From IMG/VR virus record IMGVR_UViG_3300042401_001747: 64,000 nucleotides of DNA; one strand, 5' to 3'. Under the pieces are notes generated by a model. That model was not told the DNA's origin, searched no databases, and saw nothing but the letters and a program-made list of their open reading frames with translations. How positions within the stretch are numbered: the first letter of the stretch is position 1; every line of letters begins with the position of its first letter. Shown one piece after another: positions 49,119 to 61,746 of the stretch. Source of the DNA: a virus. Position numbers and translations under genes: made by a program.

Positions 49119-50798
49119 CTATAAATTAATCAAAATGTATGCTGCCCCAGAAGAAGCCGCAAAGTTGTCGGAATCAGCGGTTAAACCAGCCCGAGTGTCG
49201 TATGTAATTGTACCCGCTACAGAGTCGCTAACTACGAGAATAGCACCTCCGCCACCTGCGCCGCCTCTTTTGCCATTAACCCCTGGTTGACCACTTGTAC
49301 CAGTTTGTGCAGGGGCTGCAGCACCACCCGCTCCTCCCGCACCACCTATCCAGTGACCATTCGGTTGGGCTGTGGCAGGGTTGGCGTGATGGCTCCACCG
49401 ATTCAGGTCCATTACACCATTGCCATAATGGTGGGGTCCATGATGGTGTCCGCCACTCGCCTGCATTCCTCCACCTTGGCTTACACCGTTTCCTAGGTCG
49501 TGACCGTTTGCGTAGCCAGCATGTGTGTGTCCTGGATGGGCATGACCCGCATGAGCATGGCCGTCGGTCCCCCCTGCGTGAAGATGCTCAATTCTTCCAT
49601 GAAAAGTGCCAGTTGTTGCAGGGTGCGAATGTTGATAGGCGTGATTTGCCTTGTAGTGAGTTCCCGCGTATCCAGTGGGTGCGTAATAGTGTATACCCCC
49701 GTGACCATCATTTGAGTGAGGGTGATGTCTACTCCCCGTATGGTGGTAGTGGTGAGAGTTGTAGTTTCCCGCGGGTAGATGGGAAAATTTTCCATCATGT
49801 GCAGCGCTGTATGGATGCGGGTTTACGCCATGTGCGTGGAAATCTGAAAAAATAGCACCACCATGATGATGGCTAGGGTTATGTGTTGCAGGCACAGGGA
49901 CTGGGGCTATATGGTATGCCAAATCGGGAGCCTTGGTTCCTGGGGTACCTGCAGTTCCAGCGGTGCCAGTACTCCCTGCGCTCCCTGCAGTTGCTGTACC
50001 TCCAGCAACACCAGACCTGCCAATAGACATAAAAGTTCCAGAACCAACAATATGTTTTGCAATGATACAAACGACTCCGCCTCCGAGACCACCAGTACCT
50101 CCTGCACCACCAAGACCTCCCGCCCCACCAGCGCCAGCAGTCATTCCAGTCACATTTCCACTTGCGCCAGTATTTCCTTTACCTGCGGGTGCGCCTACTG
50201 ACTCACGATGAGGGTTTGCTGCCCCATTGCTTCCAGTTGCGGCACCAGCAGTTCCTGCGGTTCCAGCCTTCCCAGGCCATGTGTCACCGTTCGTAAGAAT
50301 CGCTGATGTTCCACTTGCGCCGTTAGCACCTGTAGTTCCTACTGTTCCTCCGGAACCTCCACCGATAGGAATCATCCCCGATGTGTGCATGAACACTCCA
50401 CCAGACATTGCGTTTATGTCTTTAACAAGAAAACTTGGCAAAACTGGAATGTTCGGGTTCGTAGAGCCACCACCCTGACCGCCAGCACGATATGAAATGG
50501 CGGACTGACCTTTGACTGTCCCATCGCTTACTGCGGATGCCGTCTCACCAACAACCCCACCGGAGACGGAACTCATACCAACATGACCGTTGATGGTCAG
50601 TGTATTTTTAACGAAAATCCTGTATCCGTTTGTAAAAAGTATTCCACCGCTTTGAACATCAAGGTTGTTGTAATGCATGTCTGAAGTAATAGTGACAGTA
50701 GTGCCAGAAGGGATTACAACATTTCCATCTAAACCAGTTCCATAGATAGCATCATTGCCTTCGCGCGCGACGCTTTTTTCAATTCTAGAAATAGCCAT
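49119..50798 (-). CDS. Gly-rich virion protein with a ~190-aa His-rich insertion
   Basis: N-terminus shared with 50800..51564 (IYGTG.DG..NGYRIFVK); about 40 His between ~49350 and 49920. Confidence 0.8.
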   Translation of the reverse strand: MAISRIEKSVAREGNDAIYGTGLDGNVVIPSGTTVTITSDMHYNNLDVQSGGILFTNGYRIFVKNTLTINGHVGMSSVSGGVVGETASAVSDGTVKGQSAISYRAGGQGGGSTNPNIPVLPSFLVKDINAMSGGVFMHTSGMIPIGGGSGGTVGTTGANGASGTSAILTNGDTWPGKAGTAGTAGAATGSNGAANPHRESVGAPAGKGNTGASGNVTGMTAGAGGAGGLGGAGGTGGLGGGVVCIIAKHIVGSGTFMSIGRSGVAGGTATAGSAGSTGTAGTAGTPGTKAPDLAYHIAPVPVPATHNPSHHHGGAIFSDFHAHGVNPHPYSAAHDGKFSHLPAGNYNSHHYHHTGSRHHPHSNDGHGGIHYYAPTGYAGTHYKANHAYQHSHPATTGTFHGRIEHLHAGGTDGHAHAGHAHPGHTHAGYANGHDLGNGVSQGGGMQASGGHHHGPHHYGNGVMDLNRWSHHANPATAQPNGHWIGGAGGAGGAAAPAQTGTSGQPGVNGKRGGAGGGGAILVVSDSVAGTITYDTRAGLTADSDNFAASSGAAYILINL

Positions 50799-50799
50799 A

Positions 50800-51564
50800 T
50801 CACACCTGCGACATATAGTAGACGGTGCCTGCGTTTTGACCAGTTACATCTGTGGTGATTCCAGAAGCCAATGTTTCGGCAGAAGAAACAATGAGTATTA
50901 CTCCTCCGCCTGCAGGTGCATTTCCTGGTGCCTTGATGTAAGCAGTACCTGACGCAGGACCGCTGATGTAACGAGCGGCAAGGATGATTACACCACCACC
51001 TGCTTGTGCAGTTCCTCCAGCGCCTCCACGAAGAAAAGTCGGTCCACCAGATGCTGTAATTGAGTATCCAGTTACTGCTTGATGAGGCACTTGAAAATAA
51101 GCGGAACCACCCATATTTGAGTGAGGCGCTGTTGCTGTGAATCCAGTAGCTGAACCGCCAAGTGAGTGAGTAACGGCGGTAGCGGCTGCTCCGCCTTGCT
51201 TGATTGAGCCTTCGGTTGAGTATCCAGTTGTAAAACCAATCGTGGAGTCGGTTCCCATAAACTTCAATGTGCCTTTAACGAAGATTCTGTATCCGTTTGG
51301 CTGCAGGCGACAACTCGTGTTAATCGTCAAATCGTTGAAGTACATGTCGCGGGTCATTGTGTAGACACTTGCAGATGGAGCCATGCTTAGAACGGTCGTA
51401 GTTCCGTCCAGTACGGCATCACCGTCAGCACCTGTTCCGTAGATAGAGTCAACGCTTTCGTTGAAGTAGGCGTTCCAGACTGTTCCGTCCCATTGCCAAC
51501 TCTTAGAGCCGACAGTATAAATCTGATTTACATACGGAGAAGCAGGAAAAGTAATTGCTGACAT
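50800..51564 (-). CDS. Gly-rich virion protein (paralog of 49119..50798 without the His insert)
   Basis: AITFPASP..WQWDGTVW start; IYGTGADG..NGYRIFVK; GGGVII motifs. Confidence 0.78.
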   Translation of the reverse strand: MSAITFPASPYVNQIYTVGSKSWQWDGTVWNAYFNESVDSIYGTGADGDAVLDGTTTVLSMAPSASVYTMTRDMYFNDLTINTSCRLQPNGYRIFVKGTLKFMGTDSTIGFTTGYSTEGSIKQGGAAATAVTHSLGGSATGFTATAPHSNMGGSAYFQVPHQAVTGYSITASGGPTFLRGGAGGTAQAGGGVIILAARYISGPASGTAYIKAPGNAPAGGGVILIVSSAETLASGITTDVTGQNAGTVYYMSQV

Positions 51565-51567
51565 CGT

Positions 51568-52863
51568 CTATTTCCTGTACCCATAGACAGAAACGGTTCC
51601 AGTTATTGAACCAGCACTTGGTATCAAAGAAAATCCAGTGCAAACAGTTGCTGAATTATGTCTAATTGCAGAAGTAAGGTTTAGTCTTGTTAAGGTTGCG
51701 CTCGCATTACTTACCGCAACTTGCCCAACCAAATTTGTCTCACGACTTAGGTTGGCACCAAAAACATCGTAACTAGCGGAACCACGATAAGCAGCGACAC
51801 ATCCACTTATGTATCCAAAAGTTTCACTTTCATTAGCAGAGTTGTTGAATCCAGCGAATGTACCAGTTCCACTTGAATAATAAGAACCACCAGAAGTGAA
51901 GCCATAGTTGCTAGATATGAGACCACCACTATCACGCAATTTAATTTGCAAGTTGCCATTGGTTGTATTCTGAAGCCACTCAATTTCAATACGGTAGTTG
52001 TCAAACTCTGAAGAAAAACAACTTGTTGCATCTGCTTGGGTTGAAGAACTGAAAGAAATAGTTTTTATTAACTGTAACCCTGGGGGCGTATCGGTATCCG
52101 CAATCATTACCCACGCCCCACCATTCCATACAATAAGATTGTTCGTATCTGTTTCGTAAGCGGTTTGACCAGTCCACGGAGATGACGGATGAGTAGACGA
52201 AGTAACTTGCATTGGCGACATGGAACCGCCACCTAGTTCAACCCATGCCGAGTTGTAGTAAATGTAAGTAGAACCAGTAGATGTATCAAACCAAATATCG
52301 CCAGCAGATGGTGACGCTGGGGCGGTTGCAGAACTTGTTATTGGAGCACCAGCACCTGTCGCGCCAGTTGCGCCAGTCGCGCCCGTTACGCCAGTAGGAC
52401 CCGTCGGTCCTGTCGGCCCTGTAACTCCAGTTGGACCAGTAGCACCGATTGGAACTACAAAGTCAAGTACAGCAGCACCAGTGGTTCCGCTGTTGGTTAC
52501 AGCGCCTGTTGCCCCATCAGTAGTTGTTCCTACCGTTACGGTTGCAGAGACTCCAGTCGGACCTGTTGCGCCAGTTAAGCCTGTCGGACCTGTTGCTCCT
52601 GTCGCACCGATGGGTACAACAAAGTCAAGTACTGCGGCACCAGTAGTTCCGCTGTTTGTGACAGCGCCGGTCGCTCCACCACTTGTAGTGCCAACCGAGA
52701 CTGTCGCAGCAACACCAGTAGGTCCTGTCGCGCCTGTTGCACCAATAGGACCAGATAGGTCTGTATAGATGACAACCCATTTTTCTCCATCCCACTTCCA
52801 AGTCTTTCCTGAAAAAGAATGAAGGTCGTTTGTGAGTGGTGAGTTTGGAAAGTCAATAGCCAT
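51568..52863 (-). CDS. Collagen-like fibre protein
   Basis: MAIDFPNSP; two [15 protein letters not shown] units; G-X-T repeats; AGDIWFD; [17 protein letters not shown]. Confidence 0.85.
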   Translation of the reverse strand: MAIDFPNSPLTNDLHSFSGKTWKWDGEKWVVIYTDLSGPIGATGATGPTGVAATVSVGTTSGGATGAVTNSGTTGAAVLDFVVPIGATGATGPTGLTGATGPTGVSATVTVGTTTDGATGAVTNSGTTGAAVLDFVVPIGATGPTGVTGPTGPTGPTGVTGATGATGATGAGAPITSSATAPASPSAGDIWFDTSTGSTYIYYNSAWVELGGGSMSPMQVTSSTHPSSPWTGQTAYETDTNNLIVWNGGAWVMIADTDTPPGLQLIKTISFSSSTQADATSCFSSEFDNYRIEIEWLQNTTNGNLQIKLRDSGGLISSNYGFTSGGSYYSSGTGTFAGFNNSANESETFGYISGCVAAYRGSASYDVFGANLSRETNLVGQVAVSNASATLTRLNLTSAIRHNSATVCTGFSLIPSAGSITGTVSVYGYRK

Positions 52864-52865
52864 GG

Positions 52866-53762
52866 TTAGTACTTAATGATGTAGTTGAGCGCTAGGAATG
52901 GGTCCACCGTTGCAAGTGCAGTGTTTGTAAATCCACCGTTGCCTGAATCAAAAGGGGTAATATTGACATCATGTTGGTGATAAGCACTACGACCACCAGA
53001 AGTAAAAGGGGCAATATCTGTAGTATGTTGGTGATAAGCACTGCGACCAGTTGATGTTACATTGCCAATATTCACACCGTGCACATGGCCTATCGCATCA
53101 TAACCTGACACACTATTATTTTCATCATTTATTCCACCAGTTGTTGCTCCAGAACCAGTACCAGTCAGAATGGCACGGTTTGTACCAGCAGTAGCAATTT
53201 GAGCGGCTTTGTATGAGTGGGTGTGGCTACCATTAGCAGAATGGTAATGACCATCAGCACCTCCTGAATTTGTGTTTGCTGGGTCAACATCATGAGTATG
53301 TCCAGGGTCGTCGTTTCCAGATGTTGTAATTGGTGGGTCTATGGAGTGGGTATGCTCAGTATTGTCGTTTCCAGATGTTGTATTTGGTGGGTCAATAGAG
53401 TGAACATGTGTTGGAAGGTTACCTGAAGCAATAACAACGCTTTCAGCGCCACCTGTTGCCGCTAGTGCTCGTGAGGTTAATCCCGTTCCAGCACCTGCCC
53501 CTATTGGCATGCGGCTACGCATGTCAGGAACATTGAAAGTAGTTGTTCCATCTCCGCTTCCGTATGTTGTGCCTACTAGTGCCCAGAGGTTTGCGTAGGT
53601 TGTCCTGCTTACTGCTGCTCCGTTGCAGAGAAGCCATCCTTCTGGTGAAGTTGCACCCGCATATGGCATTAACCCACCTACTGGAATTAACGGATAACCG
53701 CCAGCACTGTTGTCATCAGCAACAGAGATTCCTTCTTTGACTGTAAATCTAGTTCTTGCCAT
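52866..53762 (-). CDS. Tail-collar domain fibre with HxH needle
   Basis: [24 protein letters not shown]; eight HxH motifs; LNYIIKY; start at ATG 53762. Confidence 0.88.
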   Translation of the reverse strand: MARTRFTVKEGISVADDNSAGGYPLIPVGGLMPYAGATSPEGWLLCNGAAVSRTTYANLWALVGTTYGSGDGTTTFNVPDMRSRMPIGAGAGTGLTSRALAATGGAESVVIASGNLPTHVHSIDPPNTTSGNDNTEHTHSIDPPITTSGNDDPGHTHDVDPANTNSGGADGHYHSANGSHTHSYKAAQIATAGTNRAILTGTGSGATTGGINDENNSVSGYDAIGHVHGVNIGNVTSTGRSAYHQHTTDIAPFTSGGRSAYHQHDVNITPFDSGNGGFTNTALATVDPFLALNYIIKY

Positions 53763-53764
53763 CT

Positions 53765-54115
53765 TTATTCTTCCTCTGTTGTAGGTGTGCTTGAGACAAC
53801 AGTCCACGGAATGGCGTTATTGTTTAAATCCCAATTATTCCACGAAACAGGGCGACCCGATTCTGGTGTTACTGGTAACTGAATGGTGTTTTCAAGAGGA
53901 TAAGAAACAGTAGAAGTGATGTCTCTCATCTCTTGTCTCCAGACGCGCCAATCGTTTTTAATCTCTTCAGAAAGAGGGCAGTCTGGCATTTGTGTCCAGT
54001 CTGACTCTTTTAAAAGAACATCACGCATTTCACGAAGCGCTTGAACAAGTTCTTCTTGAGTTATTGCCGATTTGTCTGTAGTGCCTAAAGGCCAACCGTA
54101 AATTTGAATTAACAT
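53765..54115 (-). CDS. Tail fibre assembly chaperone
   Basis: LREMRDVLLKESDWTQMPDCPL..WRVWRQEMRDI. Confidence 0.85.
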   Translation of the reverse strand: MLIQIYGWPLGTTDKSAITQEELVQALREMRDVLLKESDWTQMPDCPLSEEIKNDWRVWRQEMRDITSTVSYPLENTIQLPVTPESGRPVSWNNWDLNNNAIPWTVVSSTPTTEEE

Positions 54116-54116
54116 G

Positions 54117-56249
<2,133 letters not shown>

Positions 56250-56262
56250 TCAGGGCCAAGCA

Positions 56263-56451
56263 TTAAGCTTTCTTGCCGAATGCTTTGTCGTTTGGATTCA
56301 GGTAACGCATGATAACAGGGAGGCCAGCTGCCCAGAGAGCATTTGCTGCCATCTTGACGTCTCCTGTTGAAGCGTAAACTGCCACTGCTGCACCAAGGAC
56401 GCTTCTTGCGTACGATGCTGCCATTGCTTTTTGTTCTGCTGTAATTTTCAT
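56263..56451 (-). CDS. Holin-like small membrane protein
   Basis: ASYARSVLGAAVAVY..LPVIMRYLNPNDKAFG. Confidence 0.6.
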   Translation of the reverse strand: MKITAEQKAMAASYARSVLGAAVAVYASTGDVKMAANALWAAGLPVIMRYLNPNDKAFGKKA

Positions 56452-56457
56452 AATTTC

Positions 56458-57777
56458 CTATCCTGTTACTACGATTGTGTATTGGTTTGCTGTAATTGTT
56501 CCCAACAGAACTACAGTGATTGCGTCTGCCGTTCTTGCAGTAACGTCACCGATAACTATTTCTCCGGTTGACTCTTGGAAAATTTGCACAATCACATTAA
56601 CGTTGCTGAAGTTATGCTTGACTACAGTAGTTGAAGTTCCAACTGAATCTGCAGCACATCCCTGTTTAGCAATACGGGCCAATACGGGTGTCGAGGTGGT
56701 TGCCGATTCCGCGGCACCTGGGGTTTCAATACCAAGGTTTTGACGAGCGGTGGCTGCAGTTGAAGCATTGGTACCACCATGTTCTACAGCAACATCTGTG
56801 GCTGCCCAAGTACCAGTAGTGATTGTTCCAAGGGTTGTGATTGTGTTTTGACCAATATAACCAGAATCAATATCGATAGCGTCTGAAGAAACAGAGATAC
56901 GACCGGCTGTTCCTACAGCATTAATCGTTGTTCCATTTTTGGTCAGACCATCTCCGGCAACAAACGAGCCAGCACCAGAAAACTGAACCCAGTTTATGGC
57001 GTCTGTGCCCACAGTGATTGGTCCGTTGCTTGAAACTACGAAACCAGAGTCTGCGTTTACGGTACCTTCTTCAACGAACGTGAAGGCCCCACCGGACACT
57101 TCACCAGCTCCATCAAAGTCTGTTGCGCGAACCGCAGCACCCGAGACCTGAACAACATAGATGCCGTTTTCGGAAGCCGTACTTTGATTCTTTACAAGAA
57201 CACGGTCACCAGTAACAAGAGTTACGCCGTCAATTGTGTCGCCGTTTTCTAAACCTGAAGCGAGAAGTACGGCAGTAGTAGTGGCTGCTCTTACTGACTG
57301 CTTGACGTCAAGACCCGAACGGGCTGCATCTACATAGGCTTTAGTGGCAGCATGATTATCGTCTGTTGGTGCACTAAACTTTGCCTGACCGTTTCCGTCA
57401 CGAATAACAAGTCTGTCTGCAGTTGCTTCAGATGTGGCATTGCCTAATTTTGTAAAATCAGCTGCAGTCATTAATCCAGCGCTTGCAGAAGTTGCAAGGT
57501 TTGGAGTAATGGTGATTTGACCATTGGATTCAACAATGGTCAGCGAATAGGCTTGCGCTCCACCAGAAACTACACCAGCGGCACCGCCAATTCCGGCAAC
57601 AACCTTTCGCCACGCGGCAGCGGTTGAATCGTAGATTTTAATAACACCATCGGCGCTATTGAAGTACATTCGACCATCAAAAAGGTCGGTTGATGGGTCG
57701 GTTCCGAGAACCTCAAAACTGGCATTAACGAGCTGATTGCGATTAAGGTCAATATTTGTTAAAAATTTTTGTGCCAT
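56458..57777 (-). CDS. Virion structural protein
   Basis: MAQKFLTNIDL; AATKAYVD..GLDVKQSVRAATT; GDRVLVKNQ..ENGIY. Confidence 0.8.
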   Translation of the reverse strand: MAQKFLTNIDLNRNQLVNASFEVLGTDPSTDLFDGRMYFNSADGVIKIYDSTAAAWRKVVAGIGGAAGVVSGGAQAYSLTIVESNGQITITPNLATSASAGLMTAADFTKLGNATSEATADRLVIRDGNGQAKFSAPTDDNHAATKAYVDAARSGLDVKQSVRAATTTAVLLASGLENGDTIDGVTLVTGDRVLVKNQSTASENGIYVVQVSGAAVRATDFDGAGEVSGGAFTFVEEGTVNADSGFVVSSNGPITVGTDAINWVQFSGAGSFVAGDGLTKNGTTINAVGTAGRISVSSDAIDIDSGYIGQNTITTLGTITTGTWAATDVAVEHGGTNASTAATARQNLGIETPGAAESATTSTPVLARIAKQGCAADSVGTSTTVVKHNFSNVNVIVQIFQESTGEIVIGDVTARTADAITVVLLGTITANQYTIVVTG

Positions 57778-57789
57778 TTTTCCTCTACC

Positions 57790-58098
57790 CTATGTGAGAT
57801 ATGCTTTTCCAGAGAATGCCACAGAGAACGTCACCGTAACCTGAGTATTACTATTGTATTGTACCTCACCAAATACATGCGTATCTGCAGAGTCCACGAT
57901 GGTTACCGAAGGTTTGCCTCCAAGCGTGTGGGTTATGACCCAAGTCGCCGATGCTGCTTGCTGAACAAATTCATATCTTCTCGTATTTCCAGCGCTTGCA
58001 GAGAGCCTTACAACAACCTGATTCGGCGCATCCTGGTTGACAACAACCTTATTTGCCGTGTCCTCATTTACTATGACATTGTTGGGGACGTTGCTCAC
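57790..58098 (-). CDS. Small virion protein
   Basis: Q..ASATWVITHTLG..PSVTIVD..FSGKAYL. Confidence 0.7.
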   Translation of the reverse strand: MSNVPNNVIVNEDTANKVVVNQDAPNQVVVRLSASAGNTRRYEFVQQAASATWVITHTLGGKPSVTIVDSADTHVFGEVQYNSNTQVTVTFSVAFSGKAYLT

Positions 58099-58478
58099 CT
58101 AGTTACCTCAGGACTCAAGTTAAACACCCCTTGAAGGACGCGAGAGACGATATTGGTTGTTGATATTATTTCAAGGTCATAAACGCCACTGGTGGTGACG
58201 GATGCTGTTGTGGCGGCTGAGATGTTAATTGAAATCTTGTTTACGTCTCCTGGTGAAGGATTTATCACCAAGGCTCCGTTTTGGGTCGTAAGGCTCAGTA
58301 GAAAAGTAGAAGAGTCAATAGTTCTTCTAACTTGCATTCTTGCCGAATACCCAGCTAGCGAGAAGGGTTCGAATGTGTTTCCAGTAGGGTCGGCCTCGAC
58401 ATCTGGCTGTTCAATTTCGATTAAGCGCGTAAAAGTTGAGCCCTGTTGACAAGTCATATTATAATTACCAGCCAACAT
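58095..58478 (-). CDS. Small virion protein (BppU-like N-terminal fold, tentative)
   Basis: QGSTF, LAGYSARMQVR, GVYDLEI..RVLQG..SPEVTR. Confidence 0.7.
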   Translation of the reverse strand: MLAGNYNMTCQQGSTFTRLIEIEQPDVEADPTGNTFEPFSLAGYSARMQVRRTIDSSTFLLSLTTQNGALVINPSPGDVNKISINISAATTASVTTSGVYDLEIISTTNIVSRVLQGVFNLSPEVTR

Positions 58479-58628
58479 TTGTAACAGTCCTCCAAAAATA
58501 AACGCGCTTACTAATTGATTGTATGTTATTATCCCTCATTTTGACCCCAAGTATTGCGCGCCTCGGTGGTATTTTTATTTAAAGAATTGCCAAAAAGGCT
58601 TAATGTTTGTAATAAGGTTTCTTTCGTC

Positions 58629-59720
58629 ATGAAAAAACCACAAAAACCAACAATTGCTTTTCTGACTCACGACTGGGCATGGGGAACAGACCCCTTAGAA
58701 CCGAACGGATGTGCTTGGTACAGATGCAAGCTCCCTTCAGACGAGCTCAATAAGCGTGGATGGTTCTCGGCAGTAGGTTTTCCAGGATTTAACAATACTC
58801 AGGGATTCGGAATGCTTGTCGAAGGGGACAGGGCAGTCCATGGCTGGGACATCATAGTTCTTAAGCTTTTAATGCAAAAAGAAGTTCTTGAGTCGATTCC
58901 GAAAGCGCAGGCTTTAGGGCAGAAAATTATCGTAGACGTGGATGACTGGTTTGACGGCTTGTCAGAAGCGAACCGCGCCTTCAAAGCAACTGACCCAAAA
59001 GAAAATCCTGACTCAAACAGAGAGCTTTATGCTCAAATTATCCTGGCTGCTGATGCTGTAATTACGTCAACTCCGTTCTTGTTTGAGTATTACGGAAAAA
59101 TCAGAGACAATGTTTTCTTGGTTCGCAACGGTATTGATATAGATAGATGGACGAGAAAACAGCCTAATACGACAAGAAAAACAAAAATCGGTTGGGTTGG
59201 CGCAACTCACTGGCGTTCCAACGACCTGGAGCAACTGAATAATTTTTTCGGAAAGTACCTAGAAACCAGAGATGTCTTGTTTCATCATTCAGGCCACAGC
59301 GAAACTGCTCCACTGGCTCACGAACTTCTTAAGGTAGACGAAAAAAGAGCAAGCAAAACCTACATGGCATCAATATTGTCGTATCCAGAAATCCTTAAAC
59401 CCATTGATGTTGGAATAATACCTCTAAATAATATTGAATTTAACCATGCTAAATCTTTTATAAAAGGTTTGGAATACGCTGCTGCAGGCATTCCTTTCGT
59501 TTCTTCGTACTCTCCGGAATACCAATACTTGGCTGATGCTGGCGTTGGAAGAATTGCAAAAAACGCAAAAGAGTGGACGTATCACCTAGATGAGCTGCTG
59601 GATTTTCATAAACGCCAAGATGAAATACAAGAGAATTACATAAACCTAAAACCTTTTTCAATGGATGCCCGCGGCGACGACTGGGATGCCACAATGAAAT
59701 TCATCAAGGAAAACCTTTAG
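58629..59720 (+). CDS. Glycosyltransferase (GT-B)
   Basis: WYRC, VDVDDW, IGWVG, DVGIIPL..FNHAKSFIKGLEYAAAG. Confidence 0.85.
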   Translation: MKKPQKPTIAFLTHDWAWGTDPLEPNGCAWYRCKLPSDELNKRGWFSAVGFPGFNNTQGFGMLVEGDRAVHGWDIIVLKLLMQKEVLESIPKAQALGQKIIVDVDDWFDGLSEANRAFKATDPKENPDSNRELYAQIILAADAVITSTPFLFEYYGKIRDNVFLVRNGIDIDRWTRKQPNTTRKTKIGWVGATHWRSNDLEQLNNFFGKYLETRDVLFHHSGHSETAPLAHELLKVDEKRASKTYMASILSYPEILKPIDVGIIPLNNIEFNHAKSFIKGLEYAAAGIPFVSSYSPEYQYLADAGVGRIAKNAKEWTYHLDELLDFHKRQDEIQENYINLKPFSMDARGDDWDATMKFIKENL

Positions 59721-59722
59721 TC

Positions 59723-60376
59723 ATGAATGATATTCAGTGGACTTTTGGAATAGTCACAGGATTCGAAGATAATCAAAGACTTGCTGAGATAATTGATTCA
59801 ATAAGAAATTTGTCTATTCCTGAATATGAAATTCTCCTTATTGGTGGAGATAGCACCGAATTTATTAATTCTAACGAAAACGTAAGGATTGTTTATTTTG
59901 ACGAATCACAAAAACCTAGATGGATAACCAGAAAAAAGAACATTCTTGCTAACGAAGCAAAGTACGACAATATCGTTTTAATGCACGACTATCACGTTTT
60001 TGATAAAGACTGGTATATAAATTTTAAATCTTTTGGTTTGGATTGGGAAATATGTTCATGTCCTCAGTATTTGATTACTGGAGCCAGAAACCCAATGGAT
60101 TGGTCACTTTGGGACAAGCCAGACCACGGCAGGGCATGGTCTCTCGATTATGACGACTGGTCTCAAACTCAGTACATGTACATCTCTGGCGGATTTTTTA
60201 TAGTTAAGAAACACGTTCTGCAACAAGAGCCTCTTGATGAATCTCGAGGTTGGAACGAAGAAGAAGATGTTGAATGGTCCATGAGAGTACGCAACAAGTT
60301 CCTCATGAAATGTAATGGCGGAAGCGTTGTCAGACACAATAAGTGGCATAGGCATGCCGGTCCGGAGCCTCAATGA
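59723..60376 (+). CDS. Glycosyltransferase (GT-A/GT2-like)
   Basis: TFGIVT, EYEILLI, KKNILA..AKYDNIVLMHDY, EEEDVEWS. Confidence 0.8.
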   Translation: MNDIQWTFGIVTGFEDNQRLAEIIDSIRNLSIPEYEILLIGGDSTEFINSNENVRIVYFDESQKPRWITRKKNILANEAKYDNIVLMHDYHVFDKDWYINFKSFGLDWEICSCPQYLITGARNPMDWSLWDKPDHGRAWSLDYDDWSQTQYMYISGGFFIVKKHVLQQEPLDESRGWNEEEDVEWSMRVRNKFLMKCNGGSVVRHNKWHRHAGPEPQ

Positions 60377-61746
60377 AAAGTCAGAAACTGATTATATTTG
60401 ACCTGGACGGAGTTCTAATAGATTCCCGTGATGTTCATTACGAATCGTTAAACCAAGCCCTGTCTCTAGTTGGGGAAGAATTTGTTATTTCACGTAGTGA
60501 ACATCTGTCTACTTTTGATGGACTCGGAACCACAAAGAAGCTAGAAATGCTTAGCTCCATGAAAGGGCTTCCAAAAGATTCCCATTCAGAAGTGTGGGAA
60601 AACAAACAAAAGTCAACGATTGAGATACTGAGCTTATTGCCCAGAAATGCAAACGCCATAGACATCATGCAAACCCTAAAAGCAGATGGGTGGAAAATAG
60701 CGGTTGCTAGCAACGCAATTCGTGAAACAGTAATTACTGCCCTCAATGCAATTGGAGTGCTGCACATGGTTAGCCACATCATGAGCAATGAAGATGTAAA
60801 ACACCATAAGCCTCATCCAGAAATGTATTGGCAGTGCATGATTAACTGCAGTGCTACTCCGTCTTCAACAATTATCGTCGAAGACTCGCACATAGGAAGA
60901 GAGGGAGCGACCGCTTCTGGGGCTCACCTTTATGCAATAAAAGACTCATACAGCCTAGATAAAGAAAGATTATTACGAATGGCATCAGAAATTAATGCAA
61001 GCCAGAGAACAAATGTTGCGTGGAAGAACGAAAAGATGAACGTTCTTATTCCTATGGCTGGAGCTGGTTCACGGTTCTCCCAAGCTGGATACACGTTTCC
61101 CAAGCCTCTCATCGAGGTTCATGGCAAGCCAATGATTCAGATGGTGGTCGATAACCTTAATATCGATGCCCATTTCATCTTTCTCGTACAGAAAGAGCAT
61201 TACGAAAAATATAACCTCAAGCAAGTATTGAGTATTATTAAACCTGGATGCGAAATAGTAATTGTTGACGGCATGACAGAAGGGGCAGCATGCACGACCC
61301 TTCTCGCTTCTGGTCTTATAGATAATGACGCACCTCTCCTTATGGCAAACTCTGACCAGTTAATCGAGTGGAACAGCAATGAATGCCTATACGCGTTTGA
61401 TGCAGATGAAATTGACGGCGGAATACTTACGTTTAAAGCAACTCACCCAAAGTGGTCTTATGCAAAAATAGGAGAAGACGGGTTTGTTGATGAAGTTGCT
61501 GAAAAAAATCCAATATCAGACAACGCCACAGTAGGTGTTTACTACTGGAAGCATGGCTCAGACTATGTTAAATACGCAAATCAAATGATTGAAAAAAACA
61601 TAAGAACCAATAACGAGTTCTATGTTTGCCCTGTCTTTAATGAAGCAATTCAAGACGGAAAGAAAATACGAATTAAAGAAGTTTCCGAGATGTGGGGAAT
61701 CGGAACCCCAGAAGACCTCAACTATTACTTGGAGAATCATAAGTGA
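60373..61746 (+). CDS. HAD phosphatase fused to a nucleotidyltransferase-like domain
   Basis: FDLDGVL, ASN, KPHPE, VEDS..G; then IPMAGAGSRF..PKPLI, NSDQ, EKNPIS, GIGTPEDL. Confidence 0.9.
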   Translation: MKSQKLIIFDLDGVLIDSRDVHYESLNQALSLVGEEFVISRSEHLSTFDGLGTTKKLEMLSSMKGLPKDSHSEVWENKQKSTIEILSLLPRNANAIDIMQTLKADGWKIAVASNAIRETVITALNAIGVLHMVSHIMSNEDVKHHKPHPEMYWQCMINCSATPSSTIIVEDSHIGREGATASGAHLYAIKDSYSLDKERLLRMASEINASQRTNVAWKNEKMNVLIPMAGAGSRFSQAGYTFPKPLIEVHGKPMIQMVVDNLNIDAHFIFLVQKEHYEKYNLKQVLSIIKPGCEIVIVDGMTEGAACTTLLASGLIDNDAPLLMANSDQLIEWNSNECLYAFDADEIDGGILTFKATHPKWSYAKIGEDGFVDEVAEKNPISDNATVGVYYWKHGSDYVKYANQMIEKNIRTNNEFYVCPVFNEAIQDGKKIRIKEVSEMWGIGTPEDLNYYLENHK

